NCBI GenBank assembly: GCA_002269645.1
Contig: NIVC01004144.1
Coordinates: forward strand, 1-47,539
DNA from: Macrostomum lignano
Lineage: Eukaryota
Direction of reading: 5' to 3'
DNA: 47,539 nt
A program made the position numbers and the translations under genes. This document shows positions 1 to 10,987 of this stretch, in pieces (positions within the stretch are counted from its first letter, which is position 1; each line of letters opens with the position of its first letter). The notes below the pieces were generated by a model that saw nothing but the letters and a program-made list of their open reading frames with translations, was not told the DNA's origin and did not search any database.

Positions 1-851
1 TCTATAGTTCTAGTCATCACTATCTTAATGGTAGCTACCGATCAATACAACTATCTAAGTAGTGAGTCTGGATATGTGAGTCTATATATGGTATATTCAT
101 GTCCGCATTTATAACGAGTGCCTCGTACTATCACGTCTCCAGTCAATCGAGCTTCTTTTCTGCACATATATCGCTCTCTCTATCTCCATCTCCCTCACTA
201 ACCATTATACACTATCTATACACTATATATCCCGTTCTTATTGCATACAATTCACTCGTAATGTCTCCCATTCTACACGTTTGATTAGGTCTGTCTAAGA
301 ATATGCATATCTCTAATTAGTTTAGTTCTGTTATATTGTGTACATAATATTATTATGATTATTAAATACACGTACGAAGTTTATGAATTCAATAAATTCT
401 AATAAACAATTCCAATCCATATATATATATAATTGATTAATTCATTAACATTCGCGGAAAAACGAGTCTAATATCGTTTGTTTGTTTGTTTGTTTATTTG
501 TTTGTTTGTTTGTAGCTTTGCATGTTTATTTGCGAGATCTGGTTGGCTGGCCGACTGGCTGGCTGGCCGATACGAGAATACAAGACAGAGCGCGAGACCA
601 AAGCGAAACTAGGAAAATTGTTATAATATAAAGAAAGCATGCACCTCGCTTCGAATATACAACAAGAGGATAACATTATTAATTACACTGATTAATATAT
701 TAGTTAGAGTATATAATATTGTCCCACAATAGGCAGACAAAAGAAACCAAATCCGGATGGAACGACAAGCGTACGGATTTGTTATATCAAACTTGAATGA
801 AATAATAACTATAAAAAAACGATTCTACCAAAAAACTCATCCACAAATATT

Positions 852-2290
852 AAGTTTGCTATTGACAACACAGCCGGGTTTATCGATATATAGAAATATA
901 CGAATATTTGAGGTTACTAGGCATACCGGAGCGGATGAATATTTTTTTATACCAGAACCATATACGAGGTGCAGTCTGTCAATGGGGTTGTCACTCACAG
1001 GATTGCTCATATTGTTAGGCAGATTTCGTGCCGAGCGATCAATGCGACATGCAGCAATTTGGACAGTCAATTGTACACGGGCCGATTTGAAGGCCTATGC
1101 GTTTGAATGAGTAGACGGCCGACAACAGCGACGTGTCGGTACGATCACAGGCTGGTCTACCTGGACCAGCAGGCGCGATACGTGTGCCAGCGCCCTGCCA
1201 TTACGACCACAGACTGGCATACACGGACTGGCGGTCGCAAATTGCCAGGTGTCGAAACCGTCCGCGGTTGGACAGCCGGTCGGTCGCGATGTGTCGTCGT
1301 CAACAGTACACACGACGACGCGCTGGACCGGAGCCAAACCGCAGCACCGTCGGGTCACCTGACACTTGGAGCGGTCGCGCACAACACGGCGCAGTTCGGT
1401 AGGCACTATACGTGTTCTAGCGCCCTGCCACTACGACCACAGACTGGCATACAGGGACTGGCGGTCGCAAATTGTCAGGTGTCGAAACCGTCCGCGGTTG
1501 GACAGCCGGTCGGTCGCGATGTGTCGTCGTCAACAGTACACACGACGACGCGCTGGACCGGAGCCAAACCGCAGCACCGTCGGGTCACCTGACACTTGGA
1601 GCGGTCGCGCACAACACGGCGCAGTTCGGTAGGCACTATACGTGTTCTAGCGCCCTGCCACTACGACCACAGACTGGCATACAGGGACTGGCGGTCGCAA
1701 ATTGTCAGGTGTCGAAACCGTCCGCGGGTTGGACAGCCGGTCGGTCGCGATATGTCGTCGTCAACAGTACACACGACGACGCGCTGGACCGGAGCCAAAC
1801 CGCAGCACCGTCGGGTCACCTGACACTTGGAGCGGTCGCGCACAACACGGCGCAGTTCGGTAGGCGCGATTCGCGTGCCAGCGCCCTGTCACTACGATCA
1901 CCGGCTGGCATATATGGACTGGCGGTCGCGAATTGTTTGAAGATTTGAATATATATGGACGAATATACATTGGACGGGTCTATATGATACATGGAAACGA
2001 CGCAGTGCGCAGCAGATCAAAACGACAGCGGACAACCAGCCGGAGGAGAGCCGATTTGAAGGTCTACACACATTTGAATATATAGAATATGCGCCAGCAA
2101 AATTATTGCTCAACAAGTCAATGATATTTCTGGCAAGTTTGCTATTGCCGACGCAGTCGGGTCTATCAATACGCAGAAATATACGATTAGTCGAGCACTA
2201 TTCTGTCAATGGGTTGTCACACACGGGACTGCTCATATTGTTAGCCTGACTAATTGTGAGCGACCGATGCGACGCATAGAAATTGGACAT
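852..2290 (+). repeat. Diverged direct duplication flanking the 230-bp array (about 852-1108 versus 2051-2290, rearranged)
   Basis: aagtttgctattgacaacacagccgggtttatcgatatatagaaatatacga (~853) matches aagtttgctattgccgacgcagtcgggtctatcaatacgcagaaatatacga (~2136). tctgtcaatgggg..ttgctcatattgttag (~975) matches ~2202, and gccgatttgaagg occurs at 1081 and ~2051. Confidence 0.8.
1170..1935. repeat. Tandem array of 230-bp units (~3.3 copies), each containing a long imperfect hairpin
   Basis: gcagttcggtagg recurs at 1391, 1621 and 1852. Nested inverted segments lie inside each unit. Confidence 0.95.
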
Positions 2291-2474
2291 ATACGCCGAA
2301 CTATTGGCGCAGTTGAGCCATATATCAATAGATTGTAGTCAATACAGTCAGTCAGTCGAATGTCTAGACGTAGTACAGGCCAAAATGACAGTAGCAACAA
2401 ACGATGCAGACGCCACAGCCGGTTGATTGTACAGATTGTACAAAAGCATACGAAATCACCGCGCATAGCATCAA

Positions 2475-2501
2475 TAGTAGCAGTAGCAGTAGCAGTAGTA
2501 A

Positions 2502-2543
<42 letters not shown>

Positions 2544-2606
2544 CAGTAGTAGTAGTAGTAGTAGTAGTAGTAGCGGTGGTAGCAGCAGTAGTATTAGCAA
2601 CAGCAA
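2475..2606. repeat. (AGT/AGC)n microsatellite
   Basis: Direct reading of the sequence. Confidence 0.97.
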
Positions 2607-3248
2607 TGGTAGTCTGGTCGAAGCCTATTACAGAAGTCGAATTATGTAGAATTAACGCGAGGTGCCCGAAGTTCGAACTAACAACGTGTTTGTCACAACA
2701 GCATAGTCGAATTTGATTCAATACGCGTTTCTTCGTCTTGATTGGACTAGTTAGCTCTCGCCAGACAGAAGGGGTCTCTTTTATAACAGCGCCGTAAGAG
2801 GGTATATGCGAAGAACTGTACGGTGTTGAAATCAAAGAGAAGACAAATAAAAAACAAACTTCGGTCTTCAATACAAACTGCAGAAAATAAAACAGGTTTT
2901 AGAGTAAGTCTGATACTGATTTGCGTAGTCTATGGTCAACCGTTTTATCGATTTTCTTATTTTCTGTGAAAAGAACGGGACAGACAGTATATTTTATATT
3001 ATATTACGCAGAAGCTACTAATGGCTAAACACAAAGCTATTCCTTGCCTGCCACACACTTCGCACCCACAAACTTATGTACACTCAACCAAACAGTTAGT
3101 GAAAAACATTACATTGACTGCGCATTTCAGGCTCTGATAAGATCGATAAACTGGCTGAACGGGTGTGATATTTGCAACAGTCTGTCTAGTTTGGACCACA
3201 GAGAAAAGAAAGCCAAAATAGCTAACCCGCCTAAACCGAACGAAAGAA

Positions 3249-3249
<1 letters not shown>

Positions 3250-3290
<41 letters not shown>
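3250..3290. repeat. (GA)n microsatellite
   Basis: Direct reading of the sequence. Confidence 0.97.
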
Positions 3291-3605
3291 CGCAGGACCA
3301 CTTATCCTGTTATTCGCCAATGACGATGAGTTCATGCGCGATGTAGAATCGACAGCCAATAATGGCAACAAAAGTGAGTAGAAACGATTATATTTTATCA
3401 ATATATCTAAGATTCGCTTTTACGTTTGATTCAACAATAAAATGCTGCTACGCACGCAGTGTACAGCAGACAGAGCATAGAACAAACAACCAAATGGATT
3501 ATAGCTGGGTTGAACGAATTACACACAGCCGACTGGAATCAGGTTAGTCATTGTTGAGCATGTCATATTCTATATTATTACAGAATACACATCGCTGTTT
3601 ATTAG

Positions 3606-3609
<4 letters not shown>

Positions 3610-3696
<87 letters not shown>
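3610..3696. repeat. (CT)n microsatellite
   Basis: Direct reading of the sequence. Confidence 0.98.
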
Positions 3697-3698
<2 letters not shown>

Positions 3699-3962
3699 GT
3701 CACATGTACAATTGTGTATGTTAGGCTAGCAATCCATTCTAAATGAATGTCTTACAGCAGCATATCGCTACCCAATCAATTTCCGACAGCGCGTGTGACC
3801 ATCACATTGGTGTGCCAGTGGATCCAACATAATGGAGTGTATTGACAATCAACGACCAACAATCCGTCAACCAGTTCATCGGACGCTGCCTCGTCCAGAC
3901 GCGGTGCCTTCTCGAACTATTTGACTGACTTTATTATGATTCAAAATAGTCTACATCTTACA

Positions 3963-4302
3963 ATACGGAAAAAATGTAAAACAATAAAAAGAATGGCTCA
4001 CATTTGTAAATATAATTTTTTTAAACTGTATTATATTTCAAACGAAAATTTTAATCAGCTTATTGACAGTTATTATCCGTTGTTCGTATGCTGGTTCGAA
4101 TTTTTACTTTTTTTTCTGTTATATCGAATATAAATCGTGTATTCAGATTTGACTCCATTGAGCAAAGCTTTGACAAACAGACGCATACACGCACACACAC
4201 GCATCACTAGCAAAGCAACATTGACAATTATAATCACACACCGTTGGCATCTATTAGGACAAGTTTGACAGTTAATTAAGATTACTAATTTGTTGATCTA
4301 TT
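3963..4302 (+). repeat. Dispersed duplicated block, copy 1 (copy 2 at 8800-9199; partial copy 3 at ~10305-10415)
   Basis: The block from atacggaaaaaatgtaaaacaataaaaa to gttaattaagattactaatttgttgatctatt is near-identical at 3963 and 8800. Both copies lead into the same minisatellite family. Confidence 0.93.
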
Positions 4303-4669
4303 GATGTGACCCGACTGACTGGTGTTGTGACCAAGTTGACTTGTGATGTGACCTTGGTGACTGGTGTTGTGACCACGTTGACTTGTGATGTGACCCGACT
4401 AAATAGTAATGTGACCATGTTGACTGGTGATGTGACCCAGTTGAATGGTGAGGTGACCCGACTGTCTAGTGATGTGACTCAGTTGAATTTTGATGTGACC
4501 CGACTGACTGGTGTTGTGACCACGTTGACTTGTGATGTGACCCGACTATCTAGTGATGTGACCATGTTGACTGGTGATGTGACACAGTTGAATGGTGATG
4601 TGACCCGACTGTCTGGTGATGTGACTCAGTTGACTGTTGATGTGACCCGACTGACTGGTGATGTGACAA
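4303..4669 (+). repeat. 21-bp minisatellite (gatgtgacccgactgactggt-like, ~17 diverged copies)
   Basis: Period is 21 bp. The stop-free frame 4306-4731 reads as LTGDVTQ-type heptads. Confidence 0.95.
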
Positions 4670-5648
4670 CTTTGTATTGTATTTGTATTGTATTGTATTG
4701 TAGCGTATTGTACAACTTTGGGCTGGGTTAATTACCATAGAAGAAACTGTAGCGATAGAATGCTTAGAGGAGATTAGTGCAAACAAACGGCATTGAATAA
4801 CGAACTTGAACTTAAATAAACTATAGTGCATCTCAGTGCGTATTGTTAATTACGTATTGTTAATTACGCATCTCAATGCGTATTGTACTTGAATTCATAT
4901 TGCGTATTGTACTGCGCCGCCGCCGCCGCCGCCATATTCGCCGATTCACAAGGCATCTCGACCGCCGCCAATGCACTCGCTCTCATCGATGTCGCAGTCG
5001 CCGTGTCTGGATCCTCGGGTTCATTAACGCCGAAGTCGCCGCATCTGCAGCCACAGTCGCTTTGGATGCCTGTCGTGACAATGCGTGTGCCCGGATACGA
5101 TTGATAGTATGCGAGCTGACACAACTATTAGAGCCACTGCTAGGAATCCTATTTAACCGGCGTCGTTGATGTGTCGGCGGAGTTGACAAATGATGTTCGC
5201 TCGACAACTGTGATGACGAAGATGCATCTGATACAATTTCGCAGTCGGAGCGCACCATCTGTTGACGTCGCCTTTTACAACTGGGTTTGCTCGTCGGCGA
5301 AGCAAACGACGCGCCATCTTGAACACTCGGCCCTGTGATAATTATTTGTAAAAAAGACGCTAATTTATACAATTTAATCCTTTCATTCAACAAATCAAGC
5401 AAACAAGCAATCAATCAATCAATCAATCAGTCAGTTCAAACGCTCATGTATAACAGACCTGTGTCTATCAGTCATTTGAACTAGTTAAGCTTAGATATAT
5501 TGATAAAATATAATCGTTTTCTACTCACTTTTATTGCCATTATTGGCTGTCTGCGACTTTGGCACTGTCGATGGCTCGTCAGCAGCGACAACAGCAGCAG
5601 CACCAGTAGCACCAGTAGCAGCATCAGCAGCAGCAGCAGCAGCAGCAA

Positions 5649-7126
5649 CAGGTATCCGAAGTTTGCAGAACAGTCGGCAACCGCTGCCGTCTCCTAGCGT
5701 GCCTCGCTGCCAGGTCGTGGGGCTGGTCTAAAGACAGTCTCCTAACTACCTTCAAAGCAATGCAACTCAGCATCCTGCACTACGCGTCACCAGCATGGCA
5801 ACCCTGGCTAGCAGACACCGCCATGTCTTATCTCCAACGCGCGCAGAACCAGGCACTCCGTATTGTCACAGGTCAGCTTCGCACAACCCCGGCTGAGGCT
5901 CTCCACCTCGAGGCTGGAGTGTGCACCGTCGCTACCATGCGCGACCAACTCTGCCTCGCGGCGTACGAAAAAGCGCTGCGCCTCCCGGAGGACCACCCGC
6001 GCCACCGCGCGGCCGCGGCCCAGGTTCCGCACCGCACGGCCAGAAACAGCTGGCGCCACCGCGCCCAGCAACTTCTGGCAAGAATGCCGGCAAACCTGGG
6101 CCGCCGCGAAGCCCTCCCACCGCTCCCCCGCTGCCCTTGGATCCACCTGGCTGCGGGCTGGACCGTGACGCGCTTGCTGTCGACCGTCGCCGTCAGACCC
6201 AGGCAGGCTGCTCACCCGACGACGCAACAAGACAGCGCTGACTTAGCCAGGGACCAGGCGATATCATCCGTCCGCACGGCGAACGCTGACCTGGTTCTTT
6301 ACACGGACGGCTCCGCCGAAGGCGGCTGCTCCGAGGGGGGCGCAGCATGCGTGGTCACCCGCCGCGGCGACCCCGCCTCCCCGCAGGTCGTCGACACCGT
6401 CGCTGCCCGCGGCGCCTCGCCGACCTGCAGCTTCGACGAGGAGCGCCGCGCCCTCGGACTGGCCATGGCCTGGCTCAACGACCATCAAGTCACCGGCCGA
6501 GTGTTGATCTGCTCCGACAGTCGCGCACTGCTCGACGCCCTCATGAGCATCGTGCCGAGATGCTCGCTCCCGGACTTGAACTGCCGGGTTGCCTCCCTCA
6601 CTCTCCAGTGGATCCCAGCGCACTGCGGCATCCCTGGTAACGAGATGGCGGACGCAGCCGCCAAGAATGCCGCATCCATCGCTGGCGCGCCAGCGAGCAC
6701 CTCGTACAGCAGCGCGGTGGCAGCGGTCAGGCGCGAGATCGGCGACCCGCCCCTGACCCACGCCCGCACGATTTCTGTGTACCGCGCGCTCAACCGGCAA
6801 CGCGACCGCGCCGAACTTCAGAATCGTCAGGATGCCGTCCTCCTGGCGAGGCTCCGCGCGGGCCACTGCAGCCTTCTCCGCGCGTACAGTCGCATCGTCA
6901 ACCCGACGGCGGACCCCATTTGCCCACGCTGCGAGGGGGGCCCGGAAGACCTCGAGCACTGGCTCGGTTGCCCGGCCCTCCGGAGGCTCCGCCTCGAGCT
7001 GTTCGACGAGGACACCCTGGACCCCGGGATTCTGACCGTCGCCCCGCGAGGTCGGTGGCGCTTGCGAGGCGAAGCCTCTGACTCCCTCGGCGCCTTTGCC
7101 CCCAACAACAACAACAACAACAACAA

Positions 7127-7130
<4 letters not shown>
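5649..7130 (+). mobile_element. 5'-truncated non-LTR retrotransposon (I/Ingi/Nimb-like): RT C-terminus, RNase H, Cys/His knuckle and (CAA)n tail
   Basis: The in-frame translation from 5649 is QVSEVCRTVGNRCRLLACLAARSWGWSKDSLLTTFKAMQLSILHYASPAW. RNase H motifs YTDGS, FDEERRAL, ICSDS and WIPAHCGIPGNEMAD are present, as is CPRCEGGPEDLEHWLGCP. The (CAA)n tail spans 7103-7130. GC content is much higher than in the flanks. Confidence 0.92.
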
Positions 7131-7183
<53 letters not shown>

Positions 7184-7663
7184 CAGCAATAACAACAACA
7201 GCATCAGTAGCAGCATGGGCATCGGTCGGCACAGACGCGCGGTTTGCATCGTCAGACTGTTGTCCAGTTGCTGTTGATAACGCAGCATCTAGATCGCAGT
7301 CGGCCGCGATTTTTCGAGTTTCAACAGCATCGTGTACATTGTCGGCCGAGGTATCCGATGCATGCACCAGTTTAGCGTACAGGTCGTTTACGATGGGTTC
7401 TAAACGAGTCGGTGTAGTTCGTTGAGCACCATCTCCACAACCGGCAACGTTGTTACTAGGCGCATTATTAACAACAACAGCAGCTGTCGACGACAATTGT
7501 TGGTCAAGTCGATGCCGCGTATTGGCAATACTGAAATCGAGGGGTTGCACCTGCTCGTAGGCATCATCGAGGACAGGGCTCGCCTTCTCGTCAGCATTGG
7601 ACAAGTCGTCGTCGACACTCGAAGCGGCATCGGCGGCGGCGGCGGCGGCGGCGTTACGCATAC

Positions 7664-7840
7664 TAAGATCCAGAGGTTGATCATAGAATGCAGCCGAATG
7701 CATGCTAAGATCCAGAGGTTGATCATAGAATGCAGCCGAATGCATGCTAAGATCCAGAGGTTGATCATAGAATGCAGCCGAATGCATGCTAAGATCCAGA
7801 GGTTGATCATAGAATGCAGCCGAATGCATGCTAAGATCCA
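7664..7840 (-). repeat. 42-bp coding tandem repeat (PLDLSMHSAAFYDQ unit; five PLDLS motifs)
   Basis: taagatcc recurs at 7664, 7706, 7748, 7790 and 7832, in frame within ORF 6264-7961. Confidence 0.95.
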
Positions 7841-8012
7841 ACGGTCGATCTTCAGCAGCAATTTCGTCACCGTCATTGTTGTTGTTGTTGTTGCTGTTGT
7901 TGATGTTGGCAGAGCGACGACACATTGTCGATTTGCGAATTGACTGTTGTTGTTGCTGCATGCTGATACACAGTAGATTGAAATAACTATGATAATAGAG
8001 AACTAGAGAACT

Positions 8013-8135
<123 letters not shown>

Positions 8136-9232
8136 TATAGAATCAGATTCTATTCGTCCTTTTTTCGAGCTAGTTAGTCGAGCTTTAAGTAGAGGGTTGA
8201 TGTCAAAATTACTCAGAGATATGTCTATGTCTTAACCTATTCAGATAATAGCCTGTCCAATGTGTACAGGATGCAATTGACAAATCGAGCGCACCACAAG
8301 TAGAGTTTTAAGTCAAAAAAATGTCTATGTGTTAACATAGTCTGATAATAAACTGTCTATGTTGTACAGTGTGCACTTGATAGATCGAGCGCGCATGTAC
8401 CAAGGAGTTCTATAGCTAGTATAATGGATTGGAATCTTGCTTTACTTTTATATGCAATATTATGTGCAAATATAGAATCCAACTGACTAACAGACAATTG
8501 TCTATGGTTCAACCTACGATAAAGCCACCCCAGAGTGTATATTATAGCATTCTATGAGTGTATGCGCCCTGTATAGGAAACTTTTGTCTATGGGTTGAAT
8601 GGAAATTCAAGCGTTTCCAAGTACAGTTTAACTTTGAAGATCAATTGAAACAGTATAGCTGCACTTGTATACTGAATCAATCATTTAATGGTGTTTATGA
8701 CTTTAACTGATTTACTAATGCCTACAAGAATGCATAGTTTGAATCAAAAGCTAGTTTGTGTTTTCCTCAGGCAGATTTTCCAAGATAGAAATGTCCAAGA
8801 TACGGAAAAAATGTAAAACAATAAAAAAGAATGGCTCGCATTTGTAAATTTAATTTTTATCTGAAACTATATTATATTTCAAACGAAAATTTTAATCAGC
8901 TTATTGACAGTTATTATCCGTTGTTCGTATGCTGGTTTGAATTTTTACTTTTTTTTCTGTTATATCGAATATAAATCGTGTACTCAGATTTGACTCAATT
9001 GAGCAAAGCTTTGACAAACAGACGCATACACGCGCACACACACGCATACATACATACATACATATATACTTACACAATGTTAGCAGTTTTGATTACATTC
9101 ATTAGCAAATCAACATTGACAATTAGAAACACACACATATTTGGCATCTATGAGGACAAGTTTGACAGTTAATTAAGATTACTAATTTGTTGATCTATTA
9201 CAGCCAAATTATTGTGTTGAGTGAGAATGAGA

Positions 9233-10296
9233 TTGACTGGTGATGTGACCGTGTTGACAGGTGATGTGAATATGTTCACTAGTGATGTGACCAAATTGAA
9301 TGGTGATGTGACACAGTTAAATGGTGATGTGACCCAGTTGAATGGTGATGTGACGAAGTTGAATGGTGATGTGACCCAGTTGAATGGTGATGTGACGAAG
9401 TTGAATGGTGATGTGACCCTGACTGACTGGTGATGTGACACAGAATGACTGGTGATGTAACCAAGTTGAATGGTTATCTGACCAAGTTGAATGGTTATCT
9501 GACCCAGTTGAATGGTGATGTGACCCAGTTGAATGGTGATGTGACCCAGACTGAATGGTGTTGTGACCCATACTGACTAGTGATGTGACCCAGTTGAATG
9601 GTGATGTGACCCAGACTGACTGGTGATATGACCCATACTGACTGGTGATATGACACAGACTGAATGGTGATGTGACCCAGGCTGACTGGTGATGTGACTC
9701 AGGCTGACTGGTGATGTGACTCAGGCTGAATGGTGATGTGACCCAGGCTGACTGGTGATGTGACCCAGGCTGACTGGTGATGTGACCCAGACTGAATGGT
9801 GATATGACACAGACTAAATGGTGATGTTACCCATACTGACTGGTGATGTGACCCCGACTGAATGGTGATGTGACCCATACTGAATGGTGATGTTACCCAT
9901 ACTGACTGGTGATGTGACCCATACTGAATGGTGATGTGACCCATACTGAATGGTGATGTTACCCATACTGACTGGTGATGTGACCCATACTGACTGGTGA
10001 TGTGACCCAGGCTGACTGGTGATGTGACTCAGGCTGACTGATGATGTGACCCAGGCTGAATGGTGATGTGACACATACTGACTGGTGATGTGACCCAGAC
10101 TGAATGGTGATGTGACCCATACTGACTGGTGATGTGACTCAGGCTGACTGGTGATGTGACTCAGGCTGACTGGTGATGTGACTCAGGCTGACTGTTGATG
10201 TGACTCAGGCCGACTGGTGATGTGACTTAGGCTGACTGGTGATGTGACCCAGGCTGACTGGTGATGTGACCCAGATTGATATGTGATGTGACCACA
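9233..10296 (+). repeat. Minisatellite of the same family as 4303-4669; 21-bp units switch to 22-bp units
   Basis: Period is 21 at 9301/9322 and 22 at 10141/10163. Confidence 0.95.
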
Positions 10297-10353
10297 GTGA
10301 CTAGTTAGCAGATTTGATTACAGTCACCAGCAAACCAACATTGACAATTATAA

Positions 10354-10354
<1 letters not shown>

Positions 10355-10385
<31 letters not shown>
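10355..10385. repeat. (CA)n microsatellite
   Basis: Direct reading of the sequence. Confidence 0.95.
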
Positions 10386-10387
<2 letters not shown>

Positions 10388-10987
10388 TTGGTACCTATGA
10401 AGACAAGTTTGACAGCAACCGGCTCTGGCTAAAACCTTGACCCATCTGAATTTGTGTGTGTGTGTACATGTCTTTGACAAAGTTTTGGCGTCAACAACTA
10501 GCAACGGAATATTGGTCAATAAACCACTTAAATATTCATACAAACAAATCTTATAACGCATGCATAACGGTAACGGCATAATCTGTACACATACAATTAT
10601 TTAACAATAATATGTACAAACCATGAGCAAAAATATAATCGCATAAATAAACAATATATATGTACAAACGATTAAAAAATGGCAGAAGCAACATATAAAA
10701 CATTGTGATCTTTCCTTACTTACTAATTAATATACAGCTTTCGGTTGGTTTATCTCAATCAATTTTCCAATTTTAACAGCCAGTCATGTGCACCAGTCGT
10801 GTGCATGTTCACCAGTGTGCATCGACCATACTCAACAATGCAGACAGTCATGTTCACCCGCATGCACCGACCATGCTCGCCACTACAAACAGCCATGTTC
10901 ACTCGAACCGAACCGTCGACCACGAGCCTCGAATAGTCACCAGTGACTCGAGCCGTCCCGTTGGAAGTAGGGAAGATATAGCGCATT

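Larger units (their letters stand above)
4983..7962 (-). pseudogene. Spliced gene encoding a low-complexity protein with 5x PLDLS + PLDFS (CtBP-type motifs), interrupted by a retrotransposon. Exons 7962-[insert 7130-5649]-5529 and 5332-4983
   Basis: Acceptor tgtgtatcag lies at 7963, downstream of a (CT)n tract. The poly-Ala (GCT) frame resumes after the insert as AAADAATGATGAAAVVAADEPSTVPKSQTANNGNK. Donor A/GTGAGT at 5528 and acceptor tatcacAG at 5333 join in phase 1 to RPSVQDGASF... of ORF 4983-5414. Confidence 0.65.

Noticed and set aside
2233-2871. Poly-Thr/Val/Leu/Ser ORFs as genes
   Set aside because: They are open only because of the (AGT)n microsatellite, in several frames at once.
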